A program made the translations under genes and the position numbers. DNA of 64,000 nt from Euprymna scolopes (lineage: Eukaryota), in NCBI GenBank assembly GCA_053919585.1, contig CM132810.1; one strand, given 5' to 3'. The notes beneath the pieces are model-generated. The model worked only from the letters and a program-made list of their open reading frames with translations. It was not told the origin of the DNA and did not search any database. Shown here piece after piece: positions 53,929 to 64,000 of the stretch. Numbering within the stretch: the first letter of the stretch is position 1; every line of letters starts with the position of its first letter.

Positions 53929-54399
53929 TCTGATAATTTATAAAACTCACTATGTCTTATCTGTCTGTCTCCATTTTTTTCAAACTGCATCTCCCCCGAA
54001 ACGAAAGGTCACAGAACAGTGTGAGACAGGTCAAATGACTGCAAATTTTGTGGATCGTTTTGTGGGGTCTTTAGCTGGTAAAAATAGCTACTAATTGGTC
54101 AAAATTGAAAGAAATTGGAAGTTGGCAGGCGTAAGTNNNNNNNNNNNNNNNNNNNNNNNNNNNNNNNNNNNNNNNNNNNNNNNNNNNNNNNNNNNNNNNN
54201 NNNNNNNNNNNNNNNNNNNNNNNNNNNNNNNNNNNNNNNNNNNNNNNNNNNNNNNNNNNNNNNNNNNNNNNNNNNNNNNNNNNNNNNNNNNNNNNNNNTT
54301 TTGCTATTTCTTATCCAACAGATAATAGATCAAACGGCATAAATTAAAATATATTTAAGCATATTTTATGACCGAGCAACACCAGACACTCCCTACTAG
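53929..54399 (+). mobile_element. Non-autonomous Helitron (spans an N gap)
   Basis: 5' end homologous to 44563; 3' end ccgagcaacaccag...CTAG|T. Confidence 0.7.
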
Positions 54400-54864
54400 T
54401 AGTAACATAAAATAACAATAAAAAAAACAAAACAATTAATAAACCCTGAGTCCTGGTGGCATTTCTAAGTATCAGCACCTAAAGTTCAGTTTTACATGAA
54501 TTAATCATAAAGATGAATAATACATGCAAAATTTGCACTTCAGGAGCACCACTAAATTGCATCAAGTACCATTTTTTTTTAGTCATTGACATGATTTGAC
54601 CGATGATTGAATTCCTGCCTCCTATCCAATTAACAAATAGTTTAACTATTATGCCTAACGAGTGGAGTCATTATTAAATATCTTGGCTAAAATTCGCATG
54701 AAGACAAAGGTTAATGAGATGAATCAATTTTCAGTATAGTGATAAAGAATATTATGAGACGATTGAAAAAGACGAATGGAGTGAACAAAGTTTGCATACA
54801 CAATATGATATTATTATAACAGATATTGTTGACACGGGATTTGAAGACGAACATGTTATAACCT

Positions 54865-55069
54865 GCAGGGCAACCGTCCTGTGATAACGTGTTTTATAGA
54901 TGGGGAAGTTCTTGAAAAGAAACTTTGTTTATAGAAATTTCGCTTGGTGAAGAAAGGAAGTTCTTTTATAGTTGTCGTAAGAAGATGTAACCTTACAAGT
55001 AGAAACCACAGATTGAAGCTCAGTCGGGCACATACCATTAAAATAACTAAAGAGTTTTTTAGATTGGAA

Positions 55070-55121
<52 letters not shown>

Positions 55122-55160
55122 CAACAAGATCTGGACTACTAATGCTCATCAAAGTGCTGT
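54865..55160 (-). mobile_element. Degenerate CR1-like 3' fragment interrupted by (GA)n
   Basis: KRNFYKQSFFSRTS...LP. Confidence 0.5.
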
Positions 55161-56154
55161 CATAATCAGTTGCATCATCTGTATAAATGTTAACAAATGA
55201 TTTCCAAAGAAAATTGCTGTCTTTTATTAGTCATTTAAGGTTGAGAAACTTAGACAATGCAGTTTTATTACAGAGTAAGATTTTGTGTAAGAAAAAAAAC
55301 TGACCTTTAAAAAATTGTGATTTGGTGGCACCCGTAAAGTGAAGACTAACCATATTATAGAACTTACAGAGCTGAGTATCTTCTTGAAGAGTGGAATAAA
55401 GCCAAAAAATATACGAAACTTTCTTTTGTCCCAGCCAAACAACATTCACTTGACTTGGCGGACCCCGTTCGTCTTGAAGTACGATGCTGATGACATGCTG
55501 AACAGTCAAATCCCATTGGCTAAGTCAAATAGTTCAAATTTCTACTGATATTCGTTCTGATAGCATCCAAAGAATTTTTTTTTATTTTTTTTATATGTGA
55601 TAAGTATTTTATTGTTGCTTTCTTGTCTTTCAGCCACTTGATCTAGTATAGTTTTATTTTATGCATTTGGAAAAGGCGGGAGAGTGATCCGTCACTGTGA
55701 AATGCATGCAACTGATAACTGACAGGACATTGTCTAGCAAAACCTACTGTCCAAATTTGACTGGAGGTTTGTACTGACAGTAAAAGCATCTTTCTCAAGT
55801 GTGAAGTCAACAAAAAAAAAAAAAAAAGAACGAATAAGAAAGTAGAGTTGTCTCCCTTTCTGGCTGTCATGTTTTGTCAGATTGTATTCGTTTGTATATT
55901 TTTCTTATTCAATATTATCTTAGGTTTAGTTTTCTACAAAGGAATCACATTTTGTTTTTGTTAACATTTAACAATTCGTTTCTTTTTTTATCATCTTTCA
56001 TGATGAAATTATTTAAAGTAATTCATATATTAACTAACTGTACATACCCAGTGTTACCTGGGAGTTTAAAAAAAAATTTTGTCTCTTTTTTTTTTAGCAA
56101 ATTGTTAAACAATACCGTGATATTTAAGTGTGACTCAGAAAATTTTATTTTCTA

Positions 56155-56979
56155 TTTTTTTTTACAAAGGAATCAACACTTATCAAGGCCCAGATGCCAC
56201 TGGGGGATAAGGGTGTAAGAGTGTACAGTAGTCAAAGGGACAATATCATAGTAGTCGTTAGTAGTAGAAATTTGATAAATTTGATTACTTAAGGGGATGG
56301 CTCATCAAGAAATTGTTTACGTTGACCTTGAAGACGACCATATTGTAGTCAGCTGGAAAGCAGGCAAACGGAAGAGAGTTCCACAGGTGTGTAGTTCTAA
56401 GAAAAAAGCTCTGTTCGTGGAATCCACGTTTAGGTCTAGGCACAGATAAAGAGTGGGGGAAACTATTGGCAGTGAATGTTTGAAGAGGGGGGTGCCATAG
56501 ATTGGAGCTCAGATGAGCACTTGCTATGAAAATAATGATAAAGCAGAGACAGGCTCGCAATGTCTGTTCTGTGCGAAAAAAAGTTTATATCTCCCACTAG
56601 GCTACAAAGTCTATTTTGAACTTTTCCAAGGCAGAATAAGGTCTTTCTAGCAGCTCCTGCCCAGATGTGGCAACAATGCTCCATCCTTGGACGTATCTGG
56701 GTCTTATATAGGTAGAGAATTGCATCATCAGTGAGATATCTACTGGATCGATAGAAGGATCCCATTATTTTTCCAGTGGTCTTGGCAATGGATTTGATGT
56801 GCATGTTCCATTTCTGATCAGGAGTAAAGGTCGTCCAGAAGCTTGTCAAAACATGGAGCCTCCTTAAGACGAGAGTCATTCATTTCAATTGATGCCAGAT
56901 AGGGATCAGAGCGTTGATGATGTAAAGATAGAAGCTTGGTTTTAGATGCATTAAAAGTAACCAGCCACTTTTTCCCCAT
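56155..56979 (-). mobile_element. CR1 (Zenon-like) LINE 3' part with poly(A) tail
   Basis: GKKWLVTFNASKT, LYLYKTQIRPRMEHCCHIWAGA, SLLYHYFHSKCSSEL, SFFLRTTHLWNSLP; T-run at 56155-56163. Confidence 0.88.
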
Positions 56980-57198
56980 TGGAAGGTATGATACTACCTA
57001 ACCAAACGGAGATGAGGGCACTACTTGATATCATAGCTACAAATATTTGAGTGTTGTGGAAGGAGACACCATCAAAGCAACAGAAATGAAAGAGAAAATT
57101 GGAAAGGAATACTTCTTGAAATGAAACTATATAGTAGAAATTTAATTAAAGGTATAAATACATGGGCAGTATCACTAGTAAGATAATCTGGACCGTTT
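56980..57198 (+). mobile_element. Inverted Dong/R4 RT segment
   Basis: Plus-strand EGMILPNQ, KYLSVVEGDTIKATEMKEKIGKEY, KLYSRNLIKGINTWAVSLVR*SGPF. Confidence 0.8.
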
Positions 57199-57202
57199 AT
57201 AG

Positions 57203-59344
57203 AGGATGCTCAGTGGTATCATTATCATTACAAAAAAGAAGTAGCAATAATGAATCTTCTTGAAATATTTCACGTTTAATGCCAACTTGCCCCATCTCCT
57301 CTCTGTTTGCTGTCAGCACCGTTTTCCATTGAGTCATACTCGTCTCCAAAAGCCCTACCATATTCTCAGCAACCTTCATCATCAATAGTGTTTCATATAT
57401 CCATGAATGAGGAACCATGTCATAAGCCTTTCTGTAATCGATCCATGCTATGCTCAGATTCCTCTTCTTCTTTTTCTTTGCATCCTGCATTAATGCTTTA
57501 TCAATTAGTAGTTGCTTTTTGGTACCTCTCGAGCTTTTCTGACATCCCTTCTGCTTGTCAAGAAAAACACCGTTACTCTCAAGATGTTCATAAATTTTCT
57601 CCACAAAGATTCCAGTCAACAGTTTCCACATCAGTGGCAGACATGTAATTGGTCTATAATTATTGGCACCTGTTCCCTGTTTGCAGGATCTTTCCTAATC
57701 AGTGTTGTTCTTCCCTTCACAAGCCAATCAGGGACATCTCCCGACTCTACAACCCTTTTCAGGGCAGCAGCTATAGGTGGATAAAGCATGGAAACTGTTT
57801 AAACCAGAAGCACATCACTCCATCTGGACGAGGTGCCTTCCAGTTTGTCATCCTTCGTATGCCAGCTTTAACGTCATCGATGGTTATCTCAACGTTCTTC
57901 ATCTGCTGCATTTCTGATTGCCTTTCTCTGACCTCTCCCAACCAGCTAGCCTTCTTATTATATCGCCCTTCGACAAACCAAATCCCACTTCAGAACGTCC
58001 TGGTATCTTTTGCATTTGGAGTGTTGTTATTAACCGCCTGTTTACTACCATTTAATTCTTGATACAGCTGAGACTGATTGTTCTGGAAAAGGTTGTTCTG
58101 CCGAAACGCAACACTTTTTCCAACAAAGTTCCGAATTTTCATACCATCAGTGTGGATCTTCTCTTTCAACATTGTTAGAACGGTCATCGTTTCCTTTTCC
58201 AGCAATCTATACCTCCTTTCAAGCTCGTCCTTAGCTTTCTGTCCTAGTTTAACTCCTTTTCTTATTTCTTTGATTCTACCAATGTCTTTCCGCCACTGTT
58301 TAATACTTTCTTCAAGCCGCCTCTGCCAATGTGGCCTTCTATCCTTCATTTCTCTCTTTTTCTTCTGTATTAAGCCAAGATGATTCGCAATAACGTATGA
58401 CGCTGCATACAGAAGTTCCGTAATCGATATGTTCTTTCTTATGATGTTGTGAATTACTCCTTGAATTATTTTTACCTCGCTTTTCACCTTCCGCCTATCA
58501 CTACTCTTCATACTTAGAATCTCTATAATCTCGTCTCTAAGTAGAACCTCTCTTAACTTCTGAAGTACTTTTTTTTCTACAGAAGTCAAATTTCGAACTT
58601 CATCAGCACTTCTCCATACATCCGCTCCTTTCACTGGTTCCATTGTCTCAGAGTCAATGATGCCATCTACCTTAGACCCTTCAAATTCCTTCTCATCACT
58701 TCCCCTAACCATAGGATTCCATTCCTCCTCAGTTGCCCGCTTCCCATCATCGCTTACATTTCCCTTCTGCACTTCCACTCTCTCAGTGCTTTCATCAGAG
58801 CGAGTTTCATCAATTTTACTTTCGTTATTCATTTCATTCCTAACCATCCGTTCGATCTCTTCTCTTGTAATCACTAAAAGTAGGTTGTTATTTTTAATTT
58901 GTTTTAACTGGGATACCAAACTCGCGACACTTTAGCTCCTCCTCCTCTTGATTCCAATTCTTCCTTTACTTTTCGGATTTGGTACTTCATTTACAAAGCA
59001 TTCCCACAGTACTCTTCTTTCCTCATCCGTCCATGGTTTTTTGACATTTCCTGTTCCAAGTCCCTTCGTGTCTTGGGATCCTCTCTGGCAATTCTCACTC
59101 CCCCTATATTCAGCCACATCCTCAGAATTTCGACCAATTGTATGATGACGACAGGACCCATTCTGCTACCCAGTGGGACACCTACCGGACGTGAGATCAT
59201 CGCAAGATGTTCCAGTCTTATTCACATCATTATTTTCAATATTTTGATTTGACATTCTCCCATAAATGGGGTTAGTGAATTTTAGGTTACACCACCACAG
59301 ATAGTTTTATCACGATATCATCTCTAGGAGGGTTCCTCACCAAG

Positions 59345-59345
<1 letters not shown>
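57203..59345 (-). mobile_element. Dong/R4-clade LINE, 5' half (N-terminal region + RT), frameshifted, abutting (TAA)n
   Basis: KKPWTDEERRVLWECF; ORF 58919-57990 (PHWQRRLE, FRQNNLFQNNQ); AWIDYRKAYDMVPHSWI; REIFQEDSL; (TAA)n at 59347-59408. Confidence 0.9.
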
Positions 59346-59408
<63 letters not shown>

Positions 59409-60157
59409 TCACATACACAAAAAAAAAAAAAAAATGCAGTGGCACCAGCATTCTGTCAAAGGAAATGGTCATGTAATAATAAATGGTGAAGAAGGACTAA
59501 AAGCCCGAGGAGGTATGGCACCGTCCAGACAGATATCTGCTGGAAAGGCATAGATACTTCTGAAACCACAATGGGGTTTATTGCCACTCAAGTTCTAGAG
59601 AAAATCAAGGTTATCAATAAGAAATCAATCTTGAACAGCTGTTGCGAGAACTCAAAGTAAGTACAATAGTTATCAAAATAAACAGAAAATGCTTGAAATA
59701 TTGGAGATTGTTGTTAGTAAAGAACTTAGTGTTACCAGTGAGTGATGATTTGTAATAATTCATTGGAGAACTCCTAGTGAGTAAATAATTATGATAACAC
59801 TGATAATCATTGTCATTGACAAATAAGATGTCATGACGAGTCCTCGTGATCATTATGTGAAAAAGAAATAGTTTAAAAAATGAACAATTTTTCTAAATTC
59901 AGAATTCACCAGACTCTGAGACAAGAAGATAAAATTAATACCAGTTGTGATCAGAGCTCTTCAATCAATCCTGAAGGAGGTTGATAATTGCTTGAAGGCG
60001 ATCGTGTTGTACACTGTCTATGTTTCATGTGATCAGCCATTTTCTTTGCACCTCTGGGTGTCTGTTTAGGATATAATAATAACCACAAAATGCCTATACT
60101 TCCAGACTTTTTATTATTCTTCTCAACAAAAATAATTGTGCTTTGTCCATGTTTTTG

Positions 60158-60216
<59 letters not shown>

Positions 60217-60414
60217 CTACTTCGTTTAGTCACATAAATTAATATACAAAAGTATAAATTTATGCGTAAACTTTAAGTATTTACTTCAGCAGTGCTCAGT
60301 GCATATGTAGAGCTAGGTAGTAAGTTATAAAATATATATAGCGATTAAGCTACACAGAATAATCCGCATTTCATCCACGCTAGGATTCCTCAGTCTTATG
60401 CATAAGCCTGAGGA

Positions 60415-60479
<65 letters not shown>

Positions 60480-60599
60480 TTAGTCTTGGGAAGGTTATAT
60501 ATGTAATTAGTCCTGGGAAGGTGACTTTTTCAAGTTTTACAATTCCACTACACCCCAATATATTAAAAATGTGAGAACAACAAAAAATATCTTAATTCT

Positions 60600-60935
60600 T
60601 CTTTATCCAACCCACAAATAGTCCCGAATATCTTATTAGTGATAATGCCAAGTGTTTAGTCTTTTTTACTAGATTTCTACAATATACTTTTGTTTCTATT
60701 AGTTTTCTTGTTCTTTTCATGTTTTATTTTCCAATCTGCTTCCAGAACTCACAAATATTCATAGATGTCATTTTTGTCTAGTGTCCTCACTTCCTTTAGT
60801 TTGGGCAGTTCCATATCCTCCATTGTCTCTAGTTTTTCCCTTTTTATCTTTAGCAGTGCGCACTTTTCCATTCTGGATTCTATTTTGATGTCCTGTCTGA
60901 AAATTCTGGCTGTGTATATGAACTTTTCCAATAGC
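60600..60935 (-). mobile_element. Dong/R4 RT fragment
   Basis: RIFRQDIKIESRMEKCALL...ELP..EVRTL...YEYL. Confidence 0.75.
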
Positions 60936-61244
60936 ATCACGATTATGGTAAAAAGCAATGCTGATCAAGAATCTTTTCGTGAGATACCTCTGTATTCTTA
61001 TATTTGCCACGTATTGTTCTTCAGGCCTAAGTCATTTGCAATTGTATTCTGAGTATTACCCGCACTGAAGATTGATCCTCCAACCTCCAGAATAGTATCA
61101 CTTACAACTGAATTTTGTTAATAGCTTTTCCATTACGTCACGGATGCTTGTGAATTGGCTGAAGGAAGAAGAGGATGCAATCCCTGTGGATGAAATAAAA
61201 ATTCTATTCCTTACAGATTCCAAAGTTAGACAGAAAAAATTCCC

Positions 61245-61360
61245 GAGTTTGATAAGAGTCACCTGAAGAAAATCGGAGGTTTCATCGGCCGAAATATTGT
61301 GAAAATAACACTAAAGATGAGGACTGTAATCTGAATGATCCAAATAATACGAATTATCAT
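61245..61360 (+). mobile_element. Penelope-associated repeat with degenerate hammerhead (CTGAAGA...cggccGAAA)
   Basis: cacctgaagaaaatcggaggtttcatcggccgaaatattgtg. Confidence 0.55.
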
Positions 61361-62069
61361 TCTTTTTTATATGTTTTTATATATATTTATAGTGTTTGAG
61401 ATACTTTGTTTTAGTATTTTAGTTTGTTTTGTTTCTCAAGTTTTTGCTAATACAACATCAAGCGAGTTCATATTTCTTCATCGCAACGTCTTGTCTCCCA
61501 AAATTGGAGAATCCTACAAGATGTTTGTTTCCAAAGATTGCTTGGAAAAGCTTTACACCTTCACAATTTAAACAAAAAACGCTTACAAGGAAACCAAAAA
61601 AGAAGATATTTTTCTGCCAGAAAAGAAGTCATCACGACTAAATTTGGAATTGAAAGACCAAAAACCAAACCTAAAAGGAAAGAATTGAAGACTTGCCAAA
61701 TAGTTTTGTCCCTGCATTACAACCTTACGTCTCCAAGACTTAGAATTAGTTGATGGCTGAACCTGTCAACAAAAGGTCAGTCTAAGTTAAGTATCAAATG
61801 TTCAGATATGTCACATATAAAAGGGGTTGTCCACCCGATGTCAAAGACTTTCTGCAATAATTCCATAAGTATTAATTAGAAAGGCATTGTCATGTTTGGT
61901 AAGAATTTAATCCCAACCCATCTTTTCCCAACCAATCAAAAGAAAGATAAAATGAAGCTTCCTTTTGTGTCTCTAATCGATATTTCTTATAAACACTGTT
62001 CGTTTTTGTACCTACATAGAAAGTGGAGAAAGGAAAAGGATATTCTTAGAAACTAGATTGCCATACCTA

Positions 62070-63350
62070 CGAGGGGCGTGCAATAAATAATGCCCCTGAC
62101 ACACTTCCCGTTGTCTCATCTAGCTGAAATTTTGCATGTGCAATGATTTATATCTCTACGGATTATGTGGCAAATTACAGCTCTGAACTAATTGTGGTTT
62201 TTGTTTTATAGGTGTTTGAACTGAGTCAGGTGGGAAATGGAGACTGTTGAATGTCGAGCAGTGATCCGGTTTTTGTATTTGAAAGGACGCACACCACAGG
62301 AGACTTTTGATGAAATGAAAGAAACTTATGGTGATAATGCCTCATCATATGAACTTGTAAAACGCTGGCATCGTGAATTTAAACATGGCCGGACGTCTGT
62401 GGAAACAGCTCCCAGACCTGGTCGCCCCTCTTCTGCCATTGATGAGGCATCTGTCCGTCAAGTTGAGGCTGCCATTTTGGAAGATCGGCGCATTACTATT
62501 CGCCAAATAGCCCAAGATGTCAATATTAGTACAGGATCTGTGGAAACTATCATTCATGACCATTTGCATATGCATAAGGTGTCTGCCAGATGGATTCCCA
62601 GGTTGCTCACACCATTCCATAAGCAAGAACACATTGAATGCTCGAGGATGAATTTGGAGATGTGCCAAGAAGATGAGTCAAAGTTTTTCAAAAGACTGAT
62701 TACACAGGATGAAACCTGGGTCCATCACTATGATCCAGAGACCAAAGCCCAGTCAATGCAGTGGAAGCACTTGGACTCATCACCTCCAAAGAAGGCAAGG
62801 GTTCAGCCCTCCGCTGGCAAAGTCATGCTCACAGTCTTCTGGGACCAGGACGGAGTATTCATGACAGATTTCCTGACAAAGGTTACCACAATTACAGGAG
62901 CCTATTATGCTTCACTTTTGAGGAAATTAAGGGAAGCTATCAAAATAAAGAGGCAGAGCAAGATCAGCAAAGGTACCCTCCTCCTGCAGGACAACGCTCA
63001 GGTTCACAACTCACATGTCGGCAGATCAGAAGCCCGGGCGCATGGTTATGAATTCCTTCCCCATCCTCCCTACTTTCCAACCTCTGACTTTCACCTCTTC
63101 CCAGCTATGAAGTTTTTGAAAGGAAAGCGTTTCCCAGATGATGCAGCCTTGATTTCTGAAGTTATGTTGTGGTTGGATGACCAACCTGGGGTGTTCTACA
63201 AAAACGATCTCCAGAGCTGCATCAAACCATGGGAGAAATGCATAACTCTGGGTGGTTCCTATGTAGAGAAAGACTAATAACTGTTCCAAGTTTCGTTGCT
63301 GTACTGTTATGGGAAGTGGGTCAGGGGCATTACTTATTGCACACCCCTCG
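62070..63350 (+). mobile_element. Full-length mariner element (irritans/Bytmar1-like)
   Basis: ~40-bp TIRs cgagggg(c/t)gtgcaataa(a/g)taatgcccctgac, TA TSD on both sides. Confidence 0.97.
62237..63277 (+). CDS. Mariner transposase, open 346-aa ORF with a damaged YSPDL motif
   Basis: RPGRP, WIPRLL, ITQDETWVHHY, QDNA, HPPYFPTSDFHLF, GSYVEK. Confidence 0.93.
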   Translation: METVECRAVIRFLYLKGRTPQETFDEMKETYGDNASSYELVKRWHREFKHGRTSVETAPRPGRPSSAIDEASVRQVEAAILEDRRITIRQIAQDVNISTGSVETIIHDHLHMHKVSARWIPRLLTPFHKQEHIECSRMNLEMCQEDESKFFKRLITQDETWVHHYDPETKAQSMQWKHLDSSPPKKARVQPSAGKVMLTVFWDQDGVFMTDFLTKVTTITGAYYASLLRKLREAIKIKRQSKISKGTLLLQDNAQVHNSHVGRSEARAHGYEFLPHPPYFPTSDFHLFPAMKFLKGKRFPDDAALISEVMLWLDDQPGVFYKNDLQSCIKPWEKCITLGGSYVEKD

Positions 63351-64000
63351 TATTTATTTTCCAACAGATTAGACACAAGGTCGATTTTAATGTAGGGAAA
63401 ACACAGCAACCCAATGTGCACTCTAGATTGGAACAAATATTAAAATTGCTTTAGTCTAGAAGGATTTCCTCTTCATCAAACTAAGACAGAAGGACACACC
63501 GATTCTTATTATATCACCAAAGTTTAGAAACGTTGAGGTTAACCAGTACCAAATAGGTGACCATTTGGGAATATCAGGCACCTAATGCTGGAGGGTGTTA
63601 AAATTTTTGGCAACTCCTGCATCCCACCTGTCACCCAGCTGCCTCGACCATGTCCTGCCGCTGGATCGAGCTAGTTAGGAGGAGAGATTGAGGCTGGCTA
63701 TGCACAAACAAGCTTTAGTTTAAAACAAGCTCACAGTTCATGTCATCCACCATCCATATTATGATCAGATGGACTTCGTTGTTCCGACAGACAAACTCTA
63801 AAATGCAAAAGATGCAGTATTAGGAATATTGCAGGAATACATCAGAAGTGTTAAGCAATATTTATATTCTATAATTAAAATATATTTTTTGTTAAAAATT
63901 AATTAATTAAAAAAATTCGTTAATAGAATTTTAAACTGACAATATTTCGAATAAATAACGTCAGAAAATGCTAAAATAAAGGTTTTTGTTCATATAATGT

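Larger units (their letters stand above)
14931..54298. other. Assembly gaps at 14931-15190, 16394-16553, 25028-25192, 25589-25752, 41275-41412, 48004-48132 and 54137-54298
   Basis: N runs. Confidence 0.99.

Noticed and set aside
55368-55496. Selenoprotein readthrough (MSSASYFKTNGVRQVK*MLFGWDK)
   Set aside because: No recognisable selenoprotein motif or SECIS; an in-frame TGA is expected by chance
58078-58935. Plus-strand ORFs over the Dong LINE
   Set aside because: Antisense shadows of the retrotransposon ORF
63600-63680. HDV-like ribozyme in a GC-rich patch
   Set aside because: Could not thread P1.1/P2/P3 of the nested double pseudoknot

Overview
This 64-kb window is AT-rich eukaryotic draft-assembly sequence with 7 N-gaps, many microsatellites and no confidently identifiable host gene. 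The repeat families resemble those I associate with octopod cephalopods (inference from memory, not a search). DNA transposons: two IR-DR Tc1 elements (one nearly intact), a full-length mariner with an open 346-aa ORF, deleted mariners, a Merlin transposase relic and Merlin-type MITE, hAT MITEs, and several non-autonomous Helitrons (one carrying a ~160-bp satellite). Retroelements: Dong/R4, CR1 and RTE LINE fragments, tRNA-derived SINEs and a non-coding LTR element with a duplicated tRNA-His primer site. The most interesting signal is a cluster of five minimal hammerhead-ribozyme cores at 44.9-46.4 kb, nested in a composite Helitron. It includes a 336-nt unit bounded by two direct-repeat hammerheads with an internal tRNA-like Pol III promoter (a retrozyme/SM-alpha-like candidate circular-RNA element) and a Penelope-type hammerhead palindrome. 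A second tRNA-head plus hammerhead-tail element lies at 15.4-15.65 kb. Most ORFs in the supplied track are microsatellite or N-gap artefacts.
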